From contig CAVXAG010000039.1 in assembly GCA_963759655.1 (NCBI GenBank), positions 29,010 to 93,009 on the forward strand: DNA of 64,000 nucleotides, read 5' to 3'. Made by a program: the position numbers and the translations under genes. Positions 35,423 to 49,960 of this stretch are shown here, in pieces. The DNA comes from an uncultured Actinomycetota bacterium. Lineage in GTDB: Bacteria; Actinomycetota; Actinomycetes; Mycobacteriales; Mycobacteriaceae. Below the pieces are notes generated by a model that saw only the letters and a program-made list of their open reading frames with translations, was not told the origin of the DNA and did no database searches. Numbering within the stretch: position 1 is the stretch's first letter; each line of letters begins with the position of its first letter.

Positions 35423-35850
35423 CCGGTTACCGGACCGTACGGGTTCGGCACCCGTCCTGCGCTGACCTCCGTCAGCCGCGGCAGCGACGCGAAAGTGACC
35501 GCGGGCAACCGTAAGGCCGAGCCCGACGTCAGTTCCGCGCGCGCCCACGACCCCTTGACGAACCGCAGCCCCTTGATTTCGGCCCAATCGACCGTGCGAC
35601 TACCCAACAGGGTGCGGGCGGTGACCGTCTGCGCGTCGGCCACGGTCCGCAGCCGCACGATCATCGCCGAGGCAATGACTGGAATGACCAGCAGCGGAGC
35701 GGTCCACGGCACCGCGAGCACCACCGCGAGGATGCCGAGCGCGCCGAAACCCGACGCGAAGTGTGCCGTCGGGGAAATCCGCAACACAACGGTGGGCGCG
35801 GCGTCCCGGTGCCCCGGCGCGTCCGTTTCCTCCGACTCGTCGCTGGTCAT
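35419..35850 (-). CDS. PH-domain membrane protein (Rv3004/Cfp6-like)
   Basis: Two TM helices, then RTVADA...W.EIKGL...LPAVTF. Confidence 0.78.
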   Translation of the reverse strand: MTSDESEETDAPGHRDAAPTVVLRISPTAHFASGFGALGILAVVLAVPWTAPLLVIPVIASAMIVRLRTVADAQTVTARTLLGSRTVDWAEIKGLRFVKGSWARAELTSGSALRLPAVTFASLPRLTEVSAGRVPNPYGPVTG

Positions 35851-35913
35851 CCCACCATCATCGCATCGGGCAGGAATTTGACCTTTGACCAGTGCGGAGG
35901 CTACCGTCGAGCT

Positions 35914-35967
35914 ATGCAGGTCCGTGGATTGCTCGTAGTAATTAGTCGGCGCGTTGGTGCCGTGTAG
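35914..35967 (+). CDS. ilvB operon leader peptide MQVRGLLVVISRRVGAV
   Basis: 17-aa ORF with a LLVVI run of branched-chain codons, upstream of a terminator/antiterminator. Confidence 0.8.
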   Translation: MQVRGLLVVISRRVGAV

Positions 35968-36003
35968 TTTAGGCCTGGGCCTAGCCAAGCATCCACCGAC
36001 GCG

Positions 36004-36040
36004 ACCCTCGTACAGCAGCCGAGCTGACGGGGGTTTTTTC
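36004..36040 (+). terminator. Attenuator terminator upstream of ilvB
   Basis: ACCCTCGT-a-CAGC-loop-GCTG-ACGGGGGT followed by a T run. Confidence 0.85.
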
Positions 36041-36104
36041 TTGCCCAACACCGCGAAACAATCCAGACAGCACCGTCGAGACGACACAACACGAAGAGGA
36101 CACC

Positions 36105-37955
36105 GTGAGCGCACCCACCACGCCACCACAGGAATGGTCTGCGCGCGAGCAGCCCGCCAACGGCGGAGCCGACGGGAGTCGCCAGCCGAGCCACACGAAA
36201 AGAATTGCGCCCCAACAACTCACCGGAGCCCAGGCCGTGGTGCGGTCATTGGAGGAGCTCGGCGTCGAGGTCATCTTCGGAATTCCCGGTGGCGCAGTGC
36301 TTCCCGTTTACGACCCGCTGTTCGACTCGCGCAAGCTGCGTCATGTGCTGGTGCGTCATGAGCAGGGCGCCGGTCACGCCGCGAGCGGCTACGCGCACGC
36401 CACCGGCCGCGTCGGGGTGTGCATGGCGACCTCCGGTCCTGGCGCCACCAACCTCGTCACCCCGATCGCCGACGCGCAAATGGACTCGATACCCGTCGTG
36501 GCGATCACCGGGCAGGTCGGGCGGCCGATGATCGGGACCGACGCGTTCCAGGAGGCCGACATCTCAGGCATCACGATGCCGATCACCAAGCACAACTATC
36601 TGGTCCGCAACGGCGACGACATCGCACGCGTGCTGGCCGAGGCGTTCCACATCGCCGCCACCGGGCGTCCGGGCGCGGTGCTCGTCGACATCCCGAAGGA
36701 CGTGCTGCAGGGGCAGTGCACGTTCAGCTGGCCGCCGGTGATGGAGTTGCCCGGCTACAAGCCCAACACGAAGCCGCACGCCAAGCAGATTCGCGAGGCC
36801 GCCAAACTGATCACCGCGGCGAGCAAGCCGGTGCTGTACGTCGGTGGCGGCGTGATCCGTGGCGACGCCAGCGCACAGCTACTGGACCTGGCGGAACTGA
36901 CCGGGATCCCCGTGGTGACCACGCTGATGGCCCGTGGCGCCTTCCCGGACAGCCATCCGCAGCATCTCGGCATGCCGGGCATGCACGGCACGGTCGCCGC
37001 GGTGGCCGCCCTGCAGCGCAGCGACCTGCTCATCGGGCTCGGCACCCGCTTCGACGACCGCGTCACCGGTAAACTGGCCACGTTCGCGCCCGAGGCCAAG
37101 GTGATCCACGCCGACATCGATCCGGCCGAGATCGGCAAGAACCGCAACGCCGATGTGCCGATCGTCGGGGACGTCAAGGCCGTCATCACCGATCTGATCG
37201 AGGCGCTGCGAAAGACCGGCGGCGGACCGGAAAGCCTGGACGACTGGTGGGCGTACCTGAGGGGCGTGCAGAAGACGTACCCGCTGAGCTACGGCCCGCA
37301 GAGCGACGGCAGCCTCAGCCCGGAATACGTGATCGAGACGCTCGGCAAGATCGCGGGCTCCGACGCCGTGTACGTCGCCGGCGTCGGCCAGCACCAGATG
37401 TGGGCCGCGCAGTTCATCTCGTACGAAAGGCCCCGCACCTGGATCAATTCCGGCGGGCTCGGCACGATGGGTTACGCGATCCCGGCGGCGATGGGCGTCA
37501 AGCTCGCCCGCCCGGATGCAGAGGTGTGGGCGATCGACGGCGACGGCTGCTTCCAGATGACCAACCAGGAGCTGGCCACCTGCGCGATCGAGGGCGCGCC
37601 GATCAAGGTCGCGGTGATCAACAACGGCAACCTGGGCATGGTGCGGCAGTGGCAGATGCTGTTCTACGGCGAGCGCTACTCGCAAACCGACCTGGCCACC
37701 CACTCGCATCGCATTCCCGACTTCGTCAAGCTGGCCGAGGCGATGGGTTGTGTCGGATTGCGCTGTGAGCGTGAGGAAGACGTCGTTGACGTGATCAACC
37801 AGGCGCGGGCGATCAACGATCGGCCGGTGGTGATCGACTTCATCGTCGGCGCCGACGCGCAGGTGTGGCCGATGGTGGCGGCCGGTACCAGCAACGACGA
37901 GATCCAGGCCGCGCGCGGGATCCGGCCGTTGTTCGACACGGAGGACCTGGTCTAG
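36105..37955 (+). CDS. ilvB: Acetolactate synthase large subunit
   Basis: [24 protein letters not shown] motif [10 protein letters not shown]...[12 protein letters not shown]. Confidence 0.97.
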   Translation: MSAPTTPPQEWSAREQPANGGADGSRQPSHTKRIAPQQLTGAQAVVRSLEELGVEVIFGIPGGAVLPVYDPLFDSRKLRHVLVRHEQGAGHAASGYAHATGRVGVCMATSGPGATNLVTPIADAQMDSIPVVAITGQVGRPMIGTDAFQEADISGITMPITKHNYLVRNGDDIARVLAEAFHIAATGRPGAVLVDIPKDVLQGQCTFSWPPVMELPGYKPNTKPHAKQIREAAKLITAASKPVLYVGGGVIRGDASAQLLDLAELTGIPVVTTLMARGAFPDSHPQHLGMPGMHGTVAAVAALQRSDLLIGLGTRFDDRVTGKLATFAPEAKVIHADIDPAEIGKNRNADVPIVGDVKAVITDLIEALRKTGGGPESLDDWWAYLRGVQKTYPLSYGPQSDGSLSPEYVIETLGKIAGSDAVYVAGVGQHQMWAAQFISYERPRTWINSGGLGTMGYAIPAAMGVKLARPDAEVWAIDGDGCFQMTNQELATCAIEGAPIKVAVINNGNLGMVRQWQMLFYGERYSQTDLATHSHRIPDFVKLAEAMGCVGLRCEREEDVVDVINQARAINDRPVVIDFIVGADAQVWPMVAAGTSNDEIQAARGIRPLFDTEDLV

Positions 37956-38461
37956 TGACGATCTCCACGCACACCCTGTCGGTTCTGGTCGAGGACAAAC
38001 CCGGTGTCCTGGCCCGCGTCGCGTCGCTGTTCTCGCGGCGGGGCTTCAACATTCAGTCGCTGGCCGTCGGCGCCACCGAACAGAAGAACTTGTCGCGGAT
38101 GACGATCGTCGTCGCCGTGGAAGATCTGCCGCTCGAACAGGTCAGCAAGCAGCTCCACAAGCTGGTCAACGTGATCAGGGTGGTGGAGCAGGAGGACGAC
38201 CACTCGGTGGAGCGCGAGCTCGCGCTGATCAAGGTGCGGGCCGACGCCGGCACCCGCGGTCAGGTGATCGAGGCGGTGAACCTGTTCCGCGCCAAGGTCA
38301 TCGACGTCTCCACCGAGTCGCTGATCATCGAATCGACCGGTACGCAGGCAAAACTGGAGGCGTTGCTGCAAGTGCTCGAGCCCTACGGCATCCGTGAGAT
38401 CGTGCAATCCGGCGTGGTGTCGATGACTCGCGGTCCGCGCAGCATCACCGGCAGCAAGTGA
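37955..38461 (+). CDS. ilvN: Acetolactate synthase small subunit
   Basis: VEDKPGVLARV, FSRRGFNIQSL; GTG overlaps the ilvB stop. Confidence 0.96.
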   Translation: MTISTHTLSVLVEDKPGVLARVASLFSRRGFNIQSLAVGATEQKNLSRMTIVVAVEDLPLEQVSKQLHKLVNVIRVVEQEDDHSVERELALIKVRADAGTRGQVIEAVNLFRAKVIDVSTESLIIESTGTQAKLEALLQVLEPYGIREIVQSGVVSMTRGPRSITGSK

Positions 38462-38480
38462 GTGCTTGCGCAAAGAGTAA

Positions 38481-40125
<1,645 letters not shown>

Positions 40126-40163
40126 CGCGGTCCTTTCCGATGCCGATACAGTAACATACGTAC

Positions 40164-42540
<2,377 letters not shown>

Positions 42541-42570
42541 CTCACAAGTAGACCCCATTAGGCTGGCCGG

Positions 42571-44157
42571 GTGAGCCTGCCTGTTGTGTTGATCGCTGAC
42601 AAACTCGCCGAATCCACGGTTGCGGCGCTTGGTGACCACGTCGAGGTCCGCTGGGTCGACGGACCGAACCGGGAGAAGCTTCTGGCCGCGGTGCCGGAAG
42701 CCGATGCGCTGCTGGTGCGGTCGGCCACCACCGTCGACGGTGACGTGCTGAACGCCGGCGCCAAGCTCAAGATCGTCGCCCGCGCGGGTGTCGGCCTGGA
42801 CAACGTCGACGTCGACGCCGCGACCGCGCACGGCGTGCTGGTGGTGAATGCGCCGACCTCGAACATTCACAGCGCCGCCGAGCATGCGGTGGCGCTGCTG
42901 CTCGCGGCTGCGCGCCAGATCCCGGCCGCCGACGCGTCGCTGCGCGAGCACACCTGGAAACGCTCGGCGTTCTCCGGCACGGAGATCTTCGGCAAGACCG
43001 TCGGCGTGGTGGGGCTGGGCAGGATCGGCCAGCTCGTTTCGCAGCGGCTGGCAGCGTTCGGTGCCCACGTGGTGGCCTACGACCCGTACGTGGCGGCCGC
43101 CCGCGCGGCGCAGCTCGGTATCGAGCTGCTGAGCCTGGACGAGCTGCTGAGCCGCGCCGACTTCATCTCGGTGCACCTGCCGAAGACGCCGGAGACGGCC
43201 GGGCTGATCGGCAAGGAAGCGCTGGCCAAGACGAAGCCGGGGGTGATCATCGTCAACGCCGCCCGCGGCGGGCTGGTGGACGAGGCCGCGCTCGCCGACG
43301 CCGTCACGAGCGGCCACGTACGCGCGGCCGGGATCGACGTGTTCGCGACCGAGCCGTGCACAGACAGCCCGTTGTTCGACTTGCCGCAGGTCGTCGTGAC
43401 GCCGCACCTGGGCGCGTCCACGTCGGAGGCGCAGGACCGCGCCGGCACCGATGTGGCGGCCAGTGTGAAGCTGGCGCTGGCGGGCGAATTCGTTCCTGAC
43501 GCGGTGAACGTCGGCGGCGGGGTCGTCGGCGAAGAGGTGGCGCCGTGGCTGGACCTGGTGCGCAAGCTGGGGCTGCTGGTCGGCGCGCTGTCGCCCGAAC
43601 TCCCGGCCTCGCTGTCGGTGCAGGTCCGCGGCGAGCTCGCGTCCGAAGAGGTTGGGGTGCTTCGGCTTTCGGCGTTGCGGGGGCTGTTCTCCTCGGTGAT
43701 CGAGGATCAGGTGACGTTCGTGAACGCGCCCGCGCTGGCAGCAGAGCGAGGCGTGGAGGCAAGCATAAGCACCGCCACCGAAAGCCCGAACCACCGCAGC
43801 GTCGTCGATGTGCGGGCGGTCATGTCCGACGGATCGGTGGTCAACGTCGCGGGCACGCTGTCGGGCCCGCAGTTGGTGCAGAAGATCGTCCAGATCAACG
43901 GCCGCAACTTCGATCTGCGGGCCGAGGGCGTCAATTTGATCGTCAACTACGTCGATCGGCCCGGTGTGCTGGGCAGGATCGGCACGGTGCTCGGCGAGTC
44001 GGGCGTCAACATCCGCGCGGCACAGCTGTCGGAGGACGCCGAAGGTCCCGGCGCGACGATCCTGCTGCGGCTCGATCAGCGGCCACCGAAGGAGGTGCTG
44101 TCCGCGATCGCGCCTGCTGTCGGTGCGAACATGCTCGAGGTGGTGGACTTGTCGTGA
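42571..44157 (+). CDS. serA: D-3-phosphoglycerate dehydrogenase
   Basis: [35 protein letters not shown]; C-terminal ACT domain. Confidence 0.97.
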   Translation: MSLPVVLIADKLAESTVAALGDHVEVRWVDGPNREKLLAAVPEADALLVRSATTVDGDVLNAGAKLKIVARAGVGLDNVDVDAATAHGVLVVNAPTSNIHSAAEHAVALLLAAARQIPAADASLREHTWKRSAFSGTEIFGKTVGVVGLGRIGQLVSQRLAAFGAHVVAYDPYVAAARAAQLGIELLSLDELLSRADFISVHLPKTPETAGLIGKEALAKTKPGVIIVNAARGGLVDEAALADAVTSGHVRAAGIDVFATEPCTDSPLFDLPQVVVTPHLGASTSEAQDRAGTDVAASVKLALAGEFVPDAVNVGGGVVGEEVAPWLDLVRKLGLLVGALSPELPASLSVQVRGELASEEVGVLRLSALRGLFSSVIEDQVTFVNAPALAAERGVEASISTATESPNHRSVVDVRAVMSDGSVVNVAGTLSGPQLVQKIVQINGRNFDLRAEGVNLIVNYVDRPGVLGRIGTVLGESGVNIRAAQLSEDAEGPGATILLRLDQRPPKEVLSAIAPAVGANMLEVVDLS

Positions 44158-45164
44158 AGCTGGCGATCATCGCCGGCGATGGGATCGGCCCCGAAGTCGT
44201 CGGCGAGGCTGTCAAGGTGCTGGACGAGGTGCGTCCCGGAATCCAGAAGACCAGCTACGACCTCGGGGCGCGCCGATACCACGCGACCAACGAGGTGCTG
44301 CCCGACTCGGTGCTCGACGAGTTACGCGGGCACGACGCAATCCTGTTGGGCGCCATCGGCGATCCGTCGGTGCCCAGCGGCGTGCTCGAGCGCGGACTGC
44401 TGCTGAAGATCCGCTTCGCACTGGACCACCACATCAACCTGCGGCCCGCGCGGCTGTATCCGGGGGTCTCCAGCCCGCTGGCGGGCAACCCGGACATCGA
44501 CTTCGTGGTCATCCGCGAGGGAACCGAGGGGCCTTACACGGGCACGGGGGGAGTGATCCGGGCCGGCACCGTGCACGAAATCGCCACCGAGGTCAGCATC
44601 AATACCGGCTACGGTGTGCGCAGGGTGGTGCAGGATGCGTTCCAGCGGGCCGCGCAGCGCGGTAAGCACCTGACGCTGGTGCACAAGAACAATGTGCTGA
44701 CGTTCGCCGGCGATCTCTGGTGGCGCAGCGTGCAGGAGATCGGCCAGGAATACCCGGACGTCGAGGTCGATTATCAGCACGTCGACGCCGCGACCATCCA
44801 CATGGTCACCGACCCCGCCCGCTTCGATGTGATCGTCACCGACAACCTGTTCGGCGACATCATCACCGACCTGGCGGCCGCGGTGTGCGGCGGCATCGGA
44901 CTGGCGGCGAGTGGCAACATCGACGCCACCCGGGTGAACCCGTCGATGTTCGAACCGGTGCACGGCAGTGCACCAGACATCGCGGGGAAGGGGCTGGCCG
45001 ATCCGACCGCGGCGATCATGTCGGTCGCGATGCTGCTCGATCACAGCGGGGAGCCGGAAGCCGCGGCGCGGGTGGACAAAGCGGTGGAGGAGCATCTCGC
45101 CAGCCGTGGCGACGGCACGTTCTCGACGACCGAGGTCGGCGAGCGGATCCTCGCGCGACTGTAG
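44154..45164 (+). CDS. leuB: 3-isopropylmalate dehydrogenase
   Basis: [31 protein letters not shown]. Confidence 0.95.
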   Translation: MKLAIIAGDGIGPEVVGEAVKVLDEVRPGIQKTSYDLGARRYHATNEVLPDSVLDELRGHDAILLGAIGDPSVPSGVLERGLLLKIRFALDHHINLRPARLYPGVSSPLAGNPDIDFVVIREGTEGPYTGTGGVIRAGTVHEIATEVSINTGYGVRRVVQDAFQRAAQRGKHLTLVHKNNVLTFAGDLWWRSVQEIGQEYPDVEVDYQHVDAATIHMVTDPARFDVIVTDNLFGDIITDLAAAVCGGIGLAASGNIDATRVNPSMFEPVHGSAPDIAGKGLADPTAAIMSVAMLLDHSGEPEAAARVDKAVEEHLASRGDGTFSTTEVGERILARL

Positions 45165-45178
45165 GCGATTTCGCGTCC

Positions 45179-46384
45179 TTACTCGACGTTTCGCCGCCGA
45201 ATCGCGGTCTCGGCGCTGACGGGGACGAGCGGCAGTGCCAGTAAAGGGAACGCCGCGCACGCCGCGAATGCGCCCGGGTAGCCGGCCACTGCGATCAGCG
45301 CACCGAAGATCGGCGGCGCGATTCCCGCCGTCAGTAACTGGCTGGTGTTCTGCGTGCCCAGCGCGCGACCGCTCCAGAACGGCCCTGCGATTTCGGCGAC
45401 CGCGGTGAACGCGAGGCCGTTGTCGCTGACCGTGATCACCGACGCGAGGATCATCACCCCGATCGACAACGGCGATCTGAGCTCGTCGGTGAGTGCCAGC
45501 ACGGCCATCGCGATCGCCGCCCCGACGGCGATCGTCCGGATCGGACGCAGCCGTGACCCGACCCGGTCGGACCACACGCCTGCGCCCACCCGACCCAGCG
45601 CACCAAGGACCTGCGCGCCGGTGACCAGCGCCCCCGCCGAGGCGGCGGACCATCCGCGATCTGCCATCAGCCACACCAGCGTGAACGTCCACACCACGAC
45701 CTGCGGCACCACGAGCAGCACCGACACCCCGTGGATACGCCACAACACCGACGATCCGCGGTACGGGCTGGCCAGATGTTCCTGCGGCGCCTGCTCGCGC
45801 GGGGGTCGCGGCGGGTCCAGCACGCCGACCGCGCACACCATTGCGGACACCGCGCACACGATCGCGGGGAACAGCAGCGCCGCACCGATGCCGTGACTTT
45901 GCGCCAGCCTGGGAATCACCAATGCGCCCAGCCCCACTCCGAGCGGCTGCGCGGTCTGGCGGATACCCATCGCCAGGCCACGGCGCTCCGGTGGGAACCA
46001 GCCGATCACCAGCCGGCCGCTGGCCGAATTGCTGCTTGCGGCCGCCATCCCGCCGAGTAACAAGAACGCACCTGTCAGCACGAGGGATTCGGACGCGGCC
46101 GCGGCGAACGCAGCGGCCGCCGTCAACGCGGACCCGAGCGCGAGGACAACGCGTTCGCCGAGCCGATCCACCGCATAACCCCAGGCGATCAGCGTGAAGA
46201 CCATGCCGATGCTGGGCGTCGCCGACAGCAGACCGGCCTGGGCCAGAGCCAGCCCGCGACCTTGATGCAGGGTGGGAATGAGAAAGGCGGCGCCGTTGAT
46301 GAACACGTTCGCGAACAACGTCGACGACAGCGCGATTGCCAGCATCGACCACCGCCGCGCGATGCTGATGGTGTCGGCGCCCAC
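45179..46384 (-). CDS. MFS transporter (Rv2994-like)
   Basis: About 12 hydrophobic helices; DRLGER, RGLAMGIRQTAQPLG. Confidence 0.88.
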   Translation of the reverse strand: MGADTISIARRWSMLAIALSSTLFANVFINGAAFLIPTLHQGRGLALAQAGLLSATPSIGMVFTLIAWGYAVDRLGERVVLALGSALTAAAAFAAAASESLVLTGAFLLLGGMAAASSNSASGRLVIGWFPPERRGLAMGIRQTAQPLGVGLGALVIPRLAQSHGIGAALLFPAIVCAVSAMVCAVGVLDPPRPPREQAPQEHLASPYRGSSVLWRIHGVSVLLVVPQVVVWTFTLVWLMADRGWSAASAGALVTGAQVLGALGRVGAGVWSDRVGSRLRPIRTIAVGAAIAMAVLALTDELRSPLSIGVMILASVITVSDNGLAFTAVAEIAGPFWSGRALGTQNTSQLLTAGIAPPIFGALIAVAGYPGAFAACAAFPLLALPLVPVSAETAIRRRNVE

Positions 46385-46437
46385 CGTCCAATCGTGGCAC
46401 GGCGTAGCTGGTGGCAGCGGCCGCTAGGCTTTTCCGA

Positions 46438-47217
46438 ATGCGCCTTGGACGAATTGCGAGCCCGGACGGAGTTGCCTTCGTCGCGATCGAAAGGCAGGAC
46501 GCCGACGCGATCGTTCGGGAAATCGCCGAGCATCCGTTCGGCACTCCGACGTTCACCGGCCGGCAGTGGCCACTGGCCGACGTGCGACTGCTGGCGCCGA
46601 TTCTGGCGAGCAAGGTGGTGTGCATCGGGAAGAACTACGCCGCGCACGTCGCCGAGATGGGCGGCGACCGGGTCGAGAATCCGATCATCTTCATCAAGCC
46701 CAACACCGCGATCATCGGACCGAACGCAGCGATCATGCTGCCCGCGGATGCAGACCCCGTGCATCACGAGGGCGAGCTCGCCGCGGTGATCGGCCGGCCG
46801 TGCAGGGATGTCTCCGCTTCGCGGGCGGCGGAGAACATCCTGGGATACACCATCGCCAACGACGTGACTGCGCGTGACCAGCAACGCCAGGACGGGCAAT
46901 GGACCCGAGCCAAGGGCCACGACACGTTCTGCCCGGTGGGGCCCTGGATTGTCACCGACATCGACCCGTCCGATCTCGACATCCGCACCGAGGTGAACGG
47001 CGAAGTGCGCCAACACAGCCGGACCTCGATGATGATCCACGACGTCGGCGCGATCGTCGAATGGATCTCGGCGGTGATGACGCTGCTGCCGGGTGATCTG
47101 ATCCTGACCGGCACGCCGGAGGGAGTGGGACCGATCGAAGATGGCGACACGGTAAGCGTCACCATCGAGGGCATCGGGACGCTGACGAACCCCGTTGTGC
47201 GCAAGGGAAAGTCATGA
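46438..47217 (+). CDS. Fumarylacetoacetate hydrolase family protein (Rv2993c-like)
   Basis: [40 protein letters not shown]. Confidence 0.92.
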   Translation: MRLGRIASPDGVAFVAIERQDADAIVREIAEHPFGTPTFTGRQWPLADVRLLAPILASKVVCIGKNYAAHVAEMGGDRVENPIIFIKPNTAIIGPNAAIMLPADADPVHHEGELAAVIGRPCRDVSASRAAENILGYTIANDVTARDQQRQDGQWTRAKGHDTFCPVGPWIVTDIDPSDLDIRTEVNGEVRQHSRTSMMIHDVGAIVEWISAVMTLLPGDLILTGTPEGVGPIEDGDTVSVTIEGIGTLTNPVVRKGKS

Positions 47218-48683
47218 AGGTCCGGGTCCGCTTCTGCCCGTCGCCAACCGGCGTCCCGCATGTCGGGCTGATCCGCACCGCACTGTTCAACTGGGCCTGC
47301 GCGCGGCATTGCGGCGGTGATTTCGTCTTCCGCATCGAGGACACCGATGCCCAGCGTGACTCCGAGGAAAGCTACGCGGAACTGCTCGACGCGTTGCGCT
47401 GGCTCGGACTGGACTGGGACGAGGGGCCGGAGGTCGGTGGACCGTACGGCCCATACCGACAATCCGAGCGGACGGAGATCTACCGCGACGCGCTGGCGCG
47501 GTTGTTGGCGTCGGGCGAGGCGTACGAGGCGTACTCGACGCCCGAGGAGGTCGAAGCGCGGCACCTCGCCGCCGGCCGAAATCCCAAACTGGGCTATGAC
47601 AACTACGACCGCACCCTCACCGACGAGCAGCGCACGGCATACCGCGCCGACGACCGGCACCCGGTGATCAGGCTTCGGATGCCCGATGACGATCTCGGGT
47701 GGCATGACCTGGTGCGCGGCGATATTTCGTATGCGGCGGGCAGCGTGCCGGATTTCGCGCTGACCCGGGGTAACGGAGAGCCGTTGTACACCTTGGTCAA
47801 TCCCGTTGACGATGCGCTGATGAAGATCACACATGTGTTGCGCGGCGAGGACCTGATGCCGTCGACACCGCGCCAGATCGCGCTATACCAGGCGCTCATC
47901 CGGGTCGGGTTGGCCGACCGAATCCCCGAATTCGCCCATTTGCCAACAGTTCTGGGTGAAGGGACCAGGAAACTGTCAAAGAGAGATCCGCAGTCCAACC
48001 TTTTCGCTCACCGTGAGCGGGGGTTCATCCCCGAGGGTTTGCTGAATTACCTTGCTCTGCTGGGCTGGTCGATCGCGCCGGACCGGGATGTTTTCAGTCT
48101 TGACGAGATGGTGGCGGCGTTCGACGTCGCCGACGTCAATGCGAATCCGGCACGCTTCGACCAGAAGAAGGCCGATGCGATCAACGCCGAGCACATTCGG
48201 CTGCTCGACGCTGACGACTTCACCGCGCGGCTGTCCGCCTACTTCGCCGAGCACGGCCACGACCTGGGCCTCGGCGACGCGCAGTTCGCCGAGGCCGCGC
48301 GGCTCGTACAGACCCGCATTGTCGTTCTGGGCGATGCGTGGGAATTGCTGAAGTTTCTCGACGACGACGCTTACGCCATCGACGAGAAGGCGGCCGCCAA
48401 GGAACTGGGCCCCGATTCCGGCCCGGTCCTGGACGCCTCGCTGGCCGCGCTGGACGGCATTGGGGACTGGTCCGGTGAGAACATCGAGACGGCACTCAAG
48501 ACGACGCTGATCGACGAGATGGGCCTCAAACCGCGCAAGGCGTTCGGGCCGATCCGGGTGGCGGCGACGGGGTCATCGGTGAGCCCGCCACTGTTCGAGT
48601 CGTTGGAGCTGCTCGGCCGCGACCGCAGCCTGAACCGATTGCAGCACGCCCGCCACCGGGTGGCCGGCGCGCAGGCGGGATAG
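47214..48683 (+). CDS. gltX: Glutamate--tRNA ligase
   Basis: PSPTG.PHVG (HIGH), RIEDTD, HVLRGED, KLSKR. Confidence 0.97.
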   Translation: MKVRVRFCPSPTGVPHVGLIRTALFNWACARHCGGDFVFRIEDTDAQRDSEESYAELLDALRWLGLDWDEGPEVGGPYGPYRQSERTEIYRDALARLLASGEAYEAYSTPEEVEARHLAAGRNPKLGYDNYDRTLTDEQRTAYRADDRHPVIRLRMPDDDLGWHDLVRGDISYAAGSVPDFALTRGNGEPLYTLVNPVDDALMKITHVLRGEDLMPSTPRQIALYQALIRVGLADRIPEFAHLPTVLGEGTRKLSKRDPQSNLFAHRERGFIPEGLLNYLALLGWSIAPDRDVFSLDEMVAAFDVADVNANPARFDQKKADAINAEHIRLLDADDFTARLSAYFAEHGHDLGLGDAQFAEAARLVQTRIVVLGDAWELLKFLDDDAYAIDEKAAAKELGPDSGPVLDASLAALDGIGDWSGENIETALKTTLIDEMGLKPRKAFGPIRVAATGSSVSPPLFESLELLGRDRSLNRLQHARHRVAGAQAG

Positions 48684-48774
48684 GCGCACCCGGAATCTTT
48701 GGTAGTCTGCACGTCGGCCCGCGAACTCCGGTGGCAGCCCAGTTGTGGCTCTGACCAGCGATTATGGCGGCCAA

Positions 48775-48846
48775 TGGGGTATGGTGTAATTGGCAACACA
48801 GCTGATTCTGGTTCAGCCATTCTAGGTTCGAGTCCTGGTACCCCAG
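48775..48846 (+). tRNA. tRNA-Gln (anticodon CTG)
   Basis: Cloverleaf; acceptor TGGGGTA/TACCCCA (U1-A72); anticodon arm GCTGA-TTCTGGT-TCAGC; GGTTCGAGTCC. Confidence 0.96.
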
Positions 48847-48908
48847 CCCAGAACGGATTAGTGTCGGCCTCCGTCCGTCGGTTATGCTGACGAGCCGGAT
48901 TTGTTCAT

Positions 48909-48981
48909 GGCCCCGTCGTCTAGCGGCCTAGGACGCCGCCCTCTCACGGCGGTAGCGTGGGTTCGAATCCCATCGGGGCTA
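48909..48981 (+). tRNA. tRNA-Glu (anticodon CTC)
   Basis: Acceptor GGCCCCG/CGGGGCT; anticodon arm CCGCC-CTCTCAC-GGCGG; GGTTCGAATCC. Confidence 0.96.
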
Positions 48982-49032
48982 CAAAGTTTCAAGCAGGTGC
49001 CAAGTGGCAATTCCAGTGGCATGGTAGTGAAC

Positions 49033-49443
49033 ATGAAATCAGCGACACGAATGTTTGTGGCTGGTGCGGCTGCGACCGCGGTCCTGGCAGCCCCGATGGC
49101 TGCCGTTATGTGGACCGATGCGACGACGGGCGGCACCAACGTGACGACCTCGGCAGACCCGGGCTGCACTGACCCCAACGGCGCCCCCTGCGGGCCGGGG
49201 AACGCCAACATCAGCGCGCCTGGCGCCAATGCGAATGCCGGGCCGGACAACGCCAGCGCCAGCGTGCCTGGCGCCAACGCGAGTGCCGGGCCGAACAACG
49301 CCGATGTCAGCGTGCCTGGCGCCAACGCGAATGCCGGGCCGAACAACGCCAATGCCAGCGTGCCTGGCGCCAACGCGAACGCCGGACCGGGCTACTTCAA
49401 CGGCTGCATCAACGGCTGGTGCTGGAACGGGAACTCTGGGTAG
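49033..49443 (+). CDS. Hypothetical secreted Asn/Ala/Gly/Pro repeat protein (136 aa; alternative start 49021)
   Basis: Sec-like signal (MKSATR plus hydrophobic core); CTDPNGAPC, 4 x 16-aa repeats, GYFNGCINGWCW; repeat differences sit at synonymous or conservative positions. Confidence 0.78.
   Translation: MKSATRMFVAGAAATAVLAAPMAAVMWTDATTGGTNVTTSADPGCTDPNGAPCGPGNANISAPGANANAGPDNASASVPGANASAGPNNADVSVPGANANAGPNNANASVPGANANAGPGYFNGCINGWCWNGNSG
49198..49389 (+). repeat. Coding tandem repeat, 4 x 48 nt
   Basis: GNANISAPGANANAGP / DNASASVPGANASAGP / NNADVSVPGANANAGP / NNANASVPGANANAGP. Confidence 0.92.
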
Positions 49444-49939
49444 TCGTCGCGGGCGCGGTAGAACCCGCAAGCGGCATCGGCGGCATCCCGAGCTTCCGGT
49501 GATCCCACGAACGGATCCGTTCGATCACCAGACGAACGGCGATGCGATTGTTCATCATCATGTCCACTGCCGTCTTTACGTCGTCGGTGTACGGCCCGGT
49601 GTAGCGCTCCCACACGCTCACACCCACCCGGAAGATCGTGTCGGGGTCATCGACGATCTCGGCTGTGCCCTCGAACGAGACTCCGCGCAAGGTGTCGTAG
49701 GTATCGCCGTCCTCTAGCAGAAACGTGATCCGGGGGTCGCGCCGGATGTTGACCGCCTTCTGCGACTTGGCCTTCGTCTCGAACCAGATCTCGCCGTCGA
49801 CCACGCCATACCACATCGCGGTGAGGTGTGGTTGCCCGTCGCGGTCGACCGTGGCCAGTGTGCCGCCGCGGCTGGATACGACGAAGTCGTGGATCTCGGC
49901 CTGCGACATGACGATCTGCGCGCGTTCATTCTTGCCCAC
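49409..49939 (-). CDS. PNPOx-like, probable F420-dependent oxidoreductase (Rv2991-like)
   Basis: GTLATV..DGQPHLTAMWY, KSQKAVNIRRDPR, LRGVSFEG, SWDHRKLG. Confidence 0.9.
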   Translation of the reverse strand: MGKNERAQIVMSQAEIHDFVVSSRGGTLATVDRDGQPHLTAMWYGVVDGEIWFETKAKSQKAVNIRRDPRITFLLEDGDTYDTLRGVSFEGTAEIVDDPDTIFRVGVSVWERYTGPYTDDVKTAVDMMMNNRIAVRLVIERIRSWDHRKLGMPPMPLAGSTAPATTTQSSRSSTSR

Positions 49940-49960
49940 GACGGTCAGTCTGTCAGGTGG

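Noticed and set aside
49198-49389. 48-nt and 27-nt repeats as CRISPR arrays
   Set aside because: Contiguous in-frame coding repeats with no unique spacers and no cas genes.
49390-49443. C-terminal GYFNGCINGWCWNGNSG as a RiPP core
   Set aside because: No modifying enzyme, peptidase or dedicated exporter nearby, and a Sec signal is present; a disulfide cap is simpler.
48960-49960. Possible tRNA-Glu-targeted integrative element
   Set aside because: No duplicated tRNA 3' end (attR) seen downstream and no integrase; only one small gene is inserted.
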